Below are positions 1 through 9,457 of a DNA stretch of 64,000 nt, in pieces (position 1 is the stretch's first letter; the number at the start of each line of letters is the position of its first letter). Position numbers and translations under genes: made by a program. The stretch spans positions 3,844,001 through 3,908,000 of the forward strand of contig JBHGNT010000008.1 of assembly GCA_043228905.1 (NCBI GenBank). Reading direction: 5' to 3'. Under the pieces are notes generated by a model. That model ran no database searches. It saw only the letters and a list, made by a program, of their open reading frames with translations, and was not told where the DNA came from. This DNA comes from Azolla caroliniana (taxonomy: Eukaryota > Plantae > Polypodiophyta).

Positions 1-2568
1 CGTTGTTGGATAGTCAGCTTTGGCTTTGGCTTCAACTATAGATGGCCAGCTCACTCCGTTTTCTGTGTTGATCTACTCCGTATGACTCCTTGTCGGGTGG
101 TGGCCCCTTACTCCCCCTCAAGTTCGGTTGGTTGGCGGTCGAGAATCATAGGTTCGTAGTGAACTACCGCAACTTGTCGGCTCCTAGGGCCTCCGTGAAG
201 ATGTCAACCATTTACAGGTTCGTGTTGATGTGTTGTGCCAAGTCGACATCTCCATCCAAGACATGTTTCGGATGAAGTGATAGTGCACCTTGATGTGCTT
301 AGTCCGAGCGTGAAAAACAGGGCTCATTGTTGGCCGAAGAAAGAGTATGATCCGGGGCCGGAGAGTAATAGATAATTATAGAGAAAATGTATTAGGAAGT
401 GACAGATTCGAATAGTTGTACCGATCCGGATCCGCACCGTTTTGTAATCGGATAGCCGGATAAGGCACCGTTGTGTACCCATACCAGATGCTTACATAAA
501 GGATCCGGATTGATGTATGAATGAAGAAAGTAATGCCCGTAATGAGCGTAATATAAGTATTAATTGTATATCTTGTGTACTTGTCGTCTGTTCTTATCTC
601 TTAATCTTACGCGTGTAATGCATTGTCGGATATGATATATGTATTCTGGGAAGTAACCAGATAAGTTTATAAGTGTAACGAAGCATTAATCCATCTTCTT
701 GACCACACCTTTGGAGACATCCAAATCCTTGAGAATCCTCTTGAGCCATACAACTTCACATGTGGCCATAATCGCGCCTCTGTATTCAACTTCTGTGCTC
801 AACATTTTCATTGTCGGCTGCATTTTGCTACTCCATGATATGGCTCCACTACTGAGAGAGAAGACGAATCTGGAAGTTGATCGTTTGTCGGCCTTATAGC
901 TGGCCTATTTAGCATATGCGTATCCTTCGAGTCAAATTAATGTGGCTGATTTGTAGAGGATGTCATGATCCATAGTCCCACTTACATACCTTAGTACTCG
1001 CTTAGCACAATCTAGATGGATGTCACGAGGTGTTTACATGAACTGGCTAAGGAGGCTAACCGGATAACTAAGGTCGGGTTGAGTAATGTGGAGGTAGATC
1101 AGGCTTCCGATTAGCTGACGATAGTGAGTTGACTCACACTCTTCTATGTTGGAGTTGGCATTTAGTTTCAGGTTTTGATCGAGAGGGGTTGCCACAGATT
1201 TGCACTCAGTCATCCCAAACTTGTGTAACAAGTTGAGGATGTAGTGTCGTTGAGAGATCATAATGTTGGTTGGGGTTTGAATGACTTATATACCTAGAAA
1301 GTAATGGAGCTCCTTCATATCTTTCATTTTAAATCGCCCGGAGAGAAGCTTCTTGATATGATTGATATTGGCAAGGTGTTCTCCTCTTATTTCCTAGTCG
1401 TCGACGTATATAATGATGAATAGTTATCCTCTAGAGTCACTCCGAATTAACAGGGAATTGTCTGACTTGGACATTTTGAAGCCAATTTGGTGAAGATATT
1501 GGGTTGGCCTACATTTCTTCATTCATCGCTTCGACCCTTCGTGGATCCTTAGTTGCCTCAGCAAAACTTTCCTGCTCCCGAACCGTCCCCACCTTCATCA
1601 TAAAAGCATGGTGATATGCCATATAGTCATTGTAGTTGAATTGGTTGACTAGGTTCTTTTCTCGAGTGGAGCAAATAAGTTTTTCGTTTGCCATTGTGAG
1701 CTCTTTCTTTGCTCCAAGTGTCCTCATGATAGGCAATTCCAATCCACCATACTCATTGTCTAGCGAGTGAGCCGATCCATGTCCGTCAGATTTGCCATCT
1801 TCAAATTCAGGCATTTTTGCCTCCCCTTTGTTTGATCTCGGACTTGGCCGCTATGTGCTTTGATCACTTGGATGCTCTTGTGGTCCACTCAACCTGGTTG
1901 AGAATGGACTTCCCTCTAGTGTAAGGCTTAGTCGACCATCCTCCTCTAAGTCTATGTCGGGATCAGTGGCGATTGGTTCGGATGGAGTTTAGTTGACTAT
2001 GTACTAGGATGTTGATTTGTTGAATACGACATCCTTACTCACTCATACCTTCCTGGTAGATGGGTTAAAGCATTTGTATCCTTTTGTTTTTGGAGAAAAA
2101 AGAGAGGCATTTGTACCCTTTTTGTTGAAGTGAGTACCCCACGAGGATGCACTTCTTTGATTTCGGGTCAAGCTTCTACCGCTTCTCACCGGGAATGTAT
2201 ACAAATGCGATAGAGCCGAATATCTTGACGTGAGATAAATCCAGCTTCTTTCCATAGAGCGTCTCATAGGGGGTGACGTCATGCACTCCGGGTGTTGTGA
2301 ACCTATTCATCAAATAGATGACAATGTTTGCTGCTTCTGCCCAATACAACTTTGGCAGGTAATTCTCGTTGAATTCCTTATTGTTAAGGTATGGAGTGAA
2401 GGCGTTGGCGAAATATTCTTTATCTCCGTCCGACCGTAGACATCTTACATGCTTATCGATTACCCTTTTGACTTCACTTTTGAATTTCAAGAAGTGTGCA
2501 AACAGTTTACTCTTTTGTGGCATGGGAAAGATCCAGGTGTGCCTAGAGAAGTCATCGATGAACGTGAC
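1..2568 (-). mobile_element. Decayed Ty1/copia internal region (integrase-RT-RNase H), many stops and frameshifts
   Basis: Minus-strand fragments: VTFIDDFSR..LRSDG (IN, 2176-2574), KGYKCFNP, RT SQRHYILNLL..YRQLIGSLIYL..PDLSY (1034-1261), RNase H STEVEYR and PVFHARTKHI.VHYHFIR (~270-800). Cut at 2568 by a gypsy LTR. Confidence 0.85.
328..707. mobile_element. Probable solo LTR inserted in copia RNase H
   Basis: TGTTGGCC...GACCACA termini, CCGGA-rich internal repeats, interrupts the RNase H frame. Flanks CTCAT/CCTTT do not match, so no TSD. Confidence 0.5.
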
Positions 2569-2946
2569 TGTCACAGACTCAAGACCTCTGACCTATAACA
2601 CACCCAATACTTAGTATTAGATAAACCATTTGGAAACCCTTAAGTTATATATAGATTGTATATGGTTAATATTGTATAATCTAGCATATAGAATATTCTA
2701 GTGTTATTCTAGAAATGTTCTATGATATATTTTATACGAGTATATTCTAGAGATATTTCTCGGGTATATTCTAGAGATATTTCTTAGGTATATTCTAGAG
2801 ATATTCAATCTCATAACTTGTATAAATATGTGTGCTCACCTAGATTACAATCAAGGTGAACAACACCAGTTACGAAGTCTTTCAATTAATCAACTCATCC
2901 CTTTGATTATCTTCTACTCTCTTGTGTATATCTTCTACTCATGATA
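2569..2946 (+). repeat. 5' LTR of Tcn1-like element
   Basis: Starts TGTCAC exactly where the copia IN frame breaks; ends CATGATA (one mismatch from TGACA); internal TATTCTAGAG repeats; TATAAAT at ~2821. Confidence 0.65.
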
Positions 2947-2996
2947 GTTTGTTCACCTTCCCATCCTCGTAGCTCTCCTTCTCATTAGCCATAGCC

Positions 2997-4024
2997 ATGT
3001 CCGACCCAGCCTGTGACTTAAGCTAGATAATGACAACCTTACAACAACTCTAGCTTGAAAATGAAGCCCTTCGGAATTCGTTACGAGAACTTCAAGTCGA
3101 TGCCTCCCTATCCTCACAACCCATAGAGCCGAATGTCCCATCACAACCTAGCTCGGAGCCCAATCTTCTACCAACATCTGATCTAGCTTCTTCTAATTTT
3201 CTTGAGCCTAAGATTAGCCTCCCAAAAACATTTGATGGAACGAGGTCATGTTTCTGGGGGTTCATCAACCAAATTCGCCTAATCATTCGGCTACAACCTC
3301 AACGTTATGCAGATGGTCTTCGACAAGTTGGACTTGTGGTCACCCTCCTCTCCGGTCCGACCCAAGCTTGGTTTGCACCTTTAGTGGAAACTTCGTCACC
3401 TCTATTGGAGGACTTTCTTGCCTTCCTCGCCGAGTTAGAGGCCACATTTTGAGAGACGGACTGGCGACGTACACCGCTCACCAAGCTTTATGCACTGAAC
3501 AAGGTTCGCGTGCAGCTTCTATCTATGCTTCGGAATTCCGACAACTAGCATGTGATGTCAACTGGGATGATCAAGCTTTAACTGATCACTTTCGGCAAGG
3601 CCTTTGGAGCAATGTCAAGAATCTTCTCTTGAACTTTCCCAAGCCCACCTCGTTATCCCAACCAATTTCACAAGCAGGCCATTGTGACAATCGCCTTTTT
3701 GAATTTCGCCAGGAAGAGCGTCAGGCTTGGGGTTGGACTCATTAACTTCCACGACACGCCCTAGTCGTACAACCCCAGGTATCACTCCTGCCGGTGGCGT
3801 CACGCTCCCCTACTTTGGCAGATGCTCCAATCCCAATGGAAATTGATTAAGCTCGCTTTCAGCCATTGACTAATGTCGAACGACAATTTCGGCGGGCTAA
3901 TGGATTGTGCCTATATTGTGGGGCCTCGGGTCATCTCCTTCGCCATTGTCCTAGGAGTAATCACGCACCATTCCATCGAGCTAACAAACCCTAGTACCTA
4001 GAAAACAACATCGTCCGGTTGTAG
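2997..4024 (+). pseudogene. gag of Tcn1-like element (disrupted)
   Basis: PKISLPKTFDGTR..QGSRAASIYASEFRQLA..WDDQAL..F..GL; PMEID; CX2CX4HX4C at ~3906-3951; internal stops and a frameshift. Confidence 0.8.
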
Positions 4025-4066
4025 TAGGAGCCGTGCAACTGGACGTCTCCTGTCATCCGTATTCTC

Positions 4067-4702
4067 TGTCGAACCTCGCGCTCGGCCACAACCGAGAAAT
4101 AGGATCAAATCACAGAAAACAGGAAATACGAAATGCTCCAAGACTACAGAGAGAAGAGTGCACAAGATATTTTACGTGGAAAACCCTAAATGGGAAAAAC
4201 CACGTGAGTCCTCAAACTCCAACTCACACTATACACAGAGATGTACAATGGTGAAGCTTCAAGGCAACAACCTTGAGCTCACTGTCTTCGCCACAGGCGG
4301 CGGCAATACACAGAGGCGTCGACCTCTTCCTTTCTCTCTCTCTCTCTCTCTCTCGGCTGCTCTCACTTCGCTCTCTCAGCTAGAACATAGAATGAGCAAC
4401 AACAGTAAAACTGTTTGCCCTAAGTCATATTTATACACATATGACTTTCGGGCTATTTACAAATATAGCCTCAAGGGCCCTTGGCAAACATATTCACAAA
4501 TATGTCCCCGCATCCGGATCTCTCTCCGGGTACATTCATCATCCGGCTCCGTAACTGGGTCTTCGTCATCCGGCTCCGTAGCTGGGTATTCTTCATCCGG
4601 CTTCATGCCGGGTACTCTTCATCCTCCGGTTCCGTAACCGCAACCGGGCTTGCCGTCATTCATCTCCGGACATCCCATCCGGAGGGACCGTAAATCCCAA
4701 CA
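4067..4702 (-). repeat. 3' LTR of intact copia
   Basis: Direct repeat of 8817-9452; adjacent PPT AGGGGGAGTT on the minus strand (4703-4712). Confidence 0.97.
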
Positions 4703-4712
4703 AACTCCCCCT

Positions 4713-7700
4713 TCACTTCGGCATGGGATGTCTCTCCAATCCGATCCTCTTCCGGCATGCTTCCAGCTTGTCGGGTGTAAGCACCTTGGTTAGCATATCC
4801 GACCCGTTCTCGTCCGTGTGGATCTTCGTCAACACGAACTCCTCGTCTTCTACCCTCTCCCGGATCCAGTGGTATCTTCGCTGGATGTGTTTCGTCCGGG
4901 AATGGTAGGCCGCATTCTTCGCAAGGTGGATGGCACTCTGACTATCGCAATAGAGTCGGTACTCCTCCTGCCGGATACCGAGCTCTCTAATGAAGTCCTT
5001 CATCCATATTATTTCCTTGCCGGCTTCAACAGCCGCCATGTACTCCGCCTCCGTGGTTGACAACGCAACCGTCTTCTGCAGCCTCGACTGCCACGAAACA
5101 GCTCCCCCTGCATACGTCATCACATACCCTGATGTGGACCGGCTGGTATCTGCATCAGCTGACATATCCGAATCGGTGAAGCCGTCGAGTTCGGGTTTAC
5201 CGGAGCCGAATCGGAGGCACACGTTTGCCGTGCCCTTCAGGTATCGGAGTATCCACTTGGCCGTGTTCCAATGCTCTTTACCGGGATTGCTCATGTACCG
5301 GCTCACCACTCCGACTGCGTATCCAATGTCCGGTCTTGTACACACCATTGCGTACATCAAGCTTCCGACGGCAGAGGCATATGGTACTTTCATCATGTCC
5401 TCCTTCTCACCCTTTGTCTTGGGGCTTTGCTTGCTGGACAGCTTGCAGTTTGCCGGGAGGGTCGATCCGACCGGTCTTGCTTCCGACATGTTGAACCGGT
5501 GAAGCACCTTCGTCACGTACTTCTCTTGTGACAGCCACAACTGCTTCTTCTTCCGGTCCCGGATGATGTGCATCCCTAGTATTTGCCTCGCCGGACCCAG
5601 GTCCTTCATTGAGAAGGTTCGGTGAAGAGCCTTCTTCAGCATCCGTATCTTGACCTGGTCCCGTCCGACGATCAACATGTCGTCCACGTACAGGAGGAGT
5701 ATTAGAGAGTCTCCTCCTTCGAACTTCTTCACAAACACGCAGTGGTCGGACTGCGTTTTGAGGTACCCTTCGTCGGTCATGAAGGAGTCGAACTTCCGGT
5801 ACCATTGCCGGGGAGCCTGCTTCAGTCCGTAAAGGCTCTTCTTCAACCGGCATACCAGGTGCTCCTTCCCTTTCTTCTCGAATCCTTCCGGTTGCTGCAT
5901 GTAGATCTCTTCTTCGAGGTCACCGTGAAGGAATGCCGTCTTCACGTCCATCTGTTCTACCTCGAGGTCCATGCTTGCCGCTATGCTCAGCACCGTCCGG
6001 ATGGAGGTCATCTTCACTACCGGGGCAAATATCTCGTCGAAGTCGACGCCCTTCTTCTGCTGAAACCCCTTCACCACGATCCTGGCTTTGTATCTCGGGG
6101 GGTTTCCGGCATCTCCCGGTTTCAGTTTGAACACCCACTTGTTACGGAGTGCCCGTTTTCCTTTCGGCAGCTCCACAAGTTCATATGTGTGGTTCTCATG
6201 CAGGGAATCCATCTCCTCCTGCATGGCACTTAACCACCTGCGGCTATGGGTGTCATGCTTTGCTTCTTCAAAGCTCTCCGGCTCCCCCTCGTCGGTTAGC
6301 AGCACGTGCTCTGGTTCCGGAAATCTCCGGGGGGCCCTTCTCTCTCTTAGAGGATATCTCCGTTCCGGAGCTTCGGTAACCGGTTCTTCCGATTCTTCTT
6401 CATCCGAATCCATTTCGGGATCGGGGCCGGTTCCGGTATCATTTTCATCTTCTTCGGCCGGTTCTGCTTCTTCACCGTCTTCGGCCGGATCCTCGAGTGC
6501 TAACCGGTCTCTTGCCGGTCGGGACTGCTCCTTGTAGAGTTGATCCTCACCGGTCGACTTGGAGCTCTTCATCTTCTTCTCCGACTCCCAGTCGGCGAGT
6601 GTCTTGTCCTCCATGAAGATGATATCTCGACTCCTGAATATCTTCTTGTCAACCGGGTCCCATACTCGGTAGCCGAACTCGTCGTTGCCGTAACCGAGGA
6701 ATATGCATGGCCGGGTCTTTGGATCTAGCTTTCCTCTCCGGTCCTTTGCCACATGCACATATGCGAGACACCCGAACACCTTCAGATGCCGGTAGGATAC
6801 TTCCCTACCGGTCCACACTCTCTGTGGCGTGTCTCCATCCAAAGGTACTGAGGGTGATCTGTTTATCACGTATGTCGCCGTCGACATTGCCTCAGCCCAA
6901 AACCCCTTGGGTAATTTCGCATGCGCCAGCATACTCCGGACCCTCTCCATTATGGTCCGGTTCATCCTCTCGGCCAGCCCGTTCAGTTCCGGCGTCTTCG
7001 GCACAGTAAACTCGAGCCGGATTCCCTTCGAGCGACAGTACTCCTCGAACTGCCCCCGGTATTCCCCTCCGTTATCCGCTCGTACCGCTTTCAGCTTCTT
7101 GCCGGATTCCCTTTCCACTCTCGCGTGGAGTTCTTTGAAGACGGACAATACTTGGTCCTTTGTCTTCAACGGTGCCGTCCACAGCTTCCGGCTGTGATCA
7201 TCTATGAATGTTACGAAGTACTGGGCTCCGCCATGTGACTTCGTTTCTACTTGACACACGTCAGTATGCACCAGCTCCAATGGTGCAGTACGTCTCGTCG
7301 GTGGCCTTGAGTGGAAGGAGGCCCGGTTTTGCTTACCGGCCAGGCAGTCGGTGCACTTCTCCAGGTGCACATGCTTCACTGGAATAAGGTTGTCTTCTGC
7401 AAGCCTCTTCATCCCCTTCTCACTCATGTGGCACAGTCTCTTGTGCCACAGCTCACCGGCAGTGTCAGCTGCCACGTTCAGCTCCTCCGGACATAGCCGG
7501 GAATTCATCAGGTACAGTGTGTTGACCTTCCGGGCCCGAGCCACTATCAAGCTCCCCTTGCTGAACTTCATTACGCCGTTCCGGATGCTACCTGTGTAGC
7601 CTTCATCGTCTAGCCTCCCGGCCGAAATCAGGTTCAATCGAACCTCCGGAACGTGTCGGACATCCTTCAGCAGCATCTTGCATCCGGTTGATGTCATCAG

Positions 7701-8786
7701 CCACACGTCTCCTATGCCGGCAATCCGGCACGTACCTTCATTTCCCATCCGGACACAGCCAAGCTCACCGGCTGTGTAGGATGAGAAGTATTTCTTCTCC
7801 GGGGTCAGGTGGAACGACGCTCCGGAATCGACCACCCAGGTCATCTCTTCACCGGCAAGGTTCAGCTCCCTTTCTTCGGTAATGAGCATTATCTCTTCTT
7901 CACTTGCCGCGAGTGCCGTCGTTCCTTTCCTGTCCTGCCCTCGCCGATCCGAACCTCTCCGGTCCGTGGCTCCCCGGTATGCACCGTTTCGCTCCGGTGA
8001 CTTCTTCAAATCGGTGTCGTCGGCTCCGTTGTCTTTTCGGTAATGCCGACAATTCTTCCGGAAGTGCCCCGGCTTCCCACAGTGGAAGCATGTGGGCCTT
8101 CCTCTTGACTGCGACCGGGTCCCCGACTTCTCCCGTCTTTGCGGACTCCGGTTCCATTGTCTTCCCCGTTCCGATTCGGTAAGCAGCGCCTTCGGGTCGG
8201 AGGCCGGTTCTTTATCTCTCCGACGCGCTTCTTCGTTCAAAATACTTGTCTTTACCGTTTGTAGAGACAAGTTATCTTCGGTGCAAGAGGTGCTGAGAGT
8301 CACCACCAAGTTCTCCCAGCTGTCCGGCAATGTACACATCAGGATGATGGCTTGCATTGCATCCTCCAACGGGAACTTGATCGCCGCAAGCTGGTTCACG
8401 AATCCCATGAACGTGCTTACGTGTTCCACCATACTCTCGCCGTCCCGGTACTTGAGGTTCACTATCTTTCTCATCAGGGAGGTCCGGTTCAACGCATTCT
8501 TCCTTTCGTAGAGGCCCGACAGCTTCCTCCACATCTCATATGCGTTGGTGTCGTTCGCCACGTGTTGTAGAACGCTCACGTCGACGTATTGCCTAATGGT
8601 TGCAACGGCTTTCCGGTTCAGAAGCCTCCACTCCGTCTCAAGTACCCCCTTGGGTATTTCCGACCTGTCGATCGGTTCATACAGGTCCCGAACAATGAGC
8701 AGGTCCTCCATCTTTATCTTCCAGTCGGCGTAGTTCTGCGCGTTTAGCACCATCATGCCCGGAGGCCCGCTACCGCCGCCTTCCAT
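4713..8786 (-). CDS. Copia Gag-Pol polyprotein (~1357 aa: gag, Zn knuckle, PR, IN, RT, RNase H)
   Basis: CFHCGKPGHFRKNC; WVVDSGAS; LWHKRLCH..CTDC; HTDVC..RADNGGEY..NGLAERMNRT; LLYVDDML; FTDSD..EAEY..YCDSQSA..SDMLTK. Likely start is MEGGG at 8786, downstream of the PBS. Confidence 0.95.
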   Translation of the reverse strand: MEGGGSGPPGMMVLNAQNYADWKIKMEDLLIVRDLYEPIDRSEIPKGVLETEWRLLNRKAVATIRQYVDVSVLQHVANDTNAYEMWRKLSGLYERKNALNRTSLMRKIVNLKYRDGESMVEHVSTFMGFVNQLAAIKFPLEDAMQAIILMCTLPDSWENLVVTLSTSCTEDNLSLQTVKTSILNEEARRRDKEPASDPKALLTESERGRQWNRSPQRREKSGTRSQSRGRPTCFHCGKPGHFRKNCRHYRKDNGADDTDLKKSPERNGAYRGATDRRGSDRRGQDRKGTTALAASEEEIMLITEERELNLAGEEMTWVVDSGASFHLTPEKKYFSSYTAGELGCVRMGNEGTCRIAGIGDVWLMTSTGCKMLLKDVRHVPEVRLNLISAGRLDDEGYTGSIRNGVMKFSKGSLIVARARKVNTLYLMNSRLCPEELNVAADTAGELWHKRLCHMSEKGMKRLAEDNLIPVKHVHLEKCTDCLAGKQNRASFHSRPPTRRTAPLELVHTDVCQVETKSHGGAQYFVTFIDDHSRKLWTAPLKTKDQVLSVFKELHARVERESGKKLKAVRADNGGEYRGQFEEYCRSKGIRLEFTVPKTPELNGLAERMNRTIMERVRSMLAHAKLPKGFWAEAMSTATYVINRSPSVPLDGDTPQRVWTGREVSYRHLKVFGCLAYVHVAKDRRGKLDPKTRPCIFLGYGNDEFGYRVWDPVDKKIFRSRDIIFMEDKTLADWESEKKMKSSKSTGEDQLYKEQSRPARDRLALEDPAEDGEEAEPAEEDENDTGTGPDPEMDSDEEESEEPVTEAPERRYPLRERRAPRRFPEPEHVLLTDEGEPESFEEAKHDTHSRRWLSAMQEEMDSLHENHTYELVELPKGKRALRNKWVFKLKPGDAGNPPRYKARIVVKGFQQKKGVDFDEIFAPVVKMTSIRTVLSIAASMDLEVEQMDVKTAFLHGDLEEEIYMQQPEGFEKKGKEHLVCRLKKSLYGLKQAPRQWYRKFDSFMTDEGYLKTQSDHCVFVKKFEGGDSLILLLYVDDMLIVGRDQVKIRMLKKALHRTFSMKDLGPARQILGMHIIRDRKKKQLWLSQEKYVTKVLHRFNMSEARPVGSTLPANCKLSSKQSPKTKGEKEDMMKVPYASAVGSLMYAMVCTRPDIGYAVGVVSRYMSNPGKEHWNTAKWILRYLKGTANVCLRFGSGKPELDGFTDSDMSADADTSRSTSGYVMTYAGGAVSWQSRLQKTVALSTTEAEYMAAVEAGKEIIWMKDFIRELGIRQEEYRLYCDSQSAIHLAKNAAYHSRTKHIQRRYHWIRERVEDEEFVLTKIHTDENGSDMLTKVLTPDKLEACRKRIGLERHPMPK

Positions 8787-8802
8787 TTTCTGTGTTACCG
8801 TC

Positions 8803-8814
8803 GCTCTGATACCA
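8803..8814 (-). promoter_or_regulatory. Primer binding site, tRNA-iMet
   Basis: Minus strand TGGTATCAGAGC, 2 nt inside the 5' LTR. Confidence 0.95.
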
Positions 8815-8816
8815 CT

Positions 8817-9452
8817 TGTCGAACCTCGCGCTCGGCCACAACCGAGAAATAGGATCAAATCACAGAAAACAGGAAATACGAAATGCTCCAAGACTACAGA
8901 GAGAAGAGTGCACAGGATATTTTACGTGGAAAACCCTAAATGGGAAAAACCACGTGAGTCCTCAAACTCCAACTCACACTATACACAGAGATGTACAATG
9001 GTGAAGCTTCAAGGCAACAACCTTGAGCTCACTGTCTTCGCCACAGGCGGCGGCAATACACAGAGGCGTCGACCTCTTCCTTTCTCTCTCTCTCTCTCTC
9101 TCTCGGCTGCTCTCACTTCGCTCTCTCAGCTAGAACATAGAATGAGCAACAACAGTAAAACTGTTTGCCCTAAGTCATATTTATACACATATGACTTTCG
9201 GGCTATTTACAAATATAGCCTCAAGGGCCCTTGGCAAACATATTCACAAATATGTCCCCGCATCCGGATCTCTCTCCGGGTACATTCATCATCCGGCTCC
9301 GTAACCGGGTCTTCGTCATCCGGCTCCGTAGCTGGGTATTCTTCATCCGGCTTCATGCCGGGTACTCTTCATCCTCCGGTTCCGTAACCGCAACCGGGCT
9401 TGCCGTCATTCATCTCCGGACATCCCATCCGGAGGGACCGTAAATCCCAACA
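8817..9452 (-). repeat. 5' LTR of intact copia
   Basis: Direct repeat of 4067-4702; contains ~27-bp CATCCGGCTCCGTA-type U3 repeats and a (TC)n tract. Confidence 0.97.
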
Positions 9453-9457
9453 TTCTC

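Larger units (their letters stand above)
4067..9452 (-). mobile_element. Intact Ty1/copia LTR retrotransposon (Tnt1/Tork-like)
   Basis: Two 636-bp TG..CA LTRs (4067-4702, 8817-9452) differing at 2 positions by eye; 5-bp TSD TTCTC (4062-4066, 9453-9457); PBS, PPT and one uninterrupted polyprotein ORF. Confidence 0.98.

Noticed and set aside
4723-8733. Numerous plus-strand and alternative-frame ORFs over the copia
   Set aside because: Antisense shadows of a GC-rich coding sequence with no recognisable domains.
8787-8891. N-terminal 35 aa of the 1392-aa ORF
   Set aside because: It lies in the LTR/PBS; the plausible start is the ATG at 8786.
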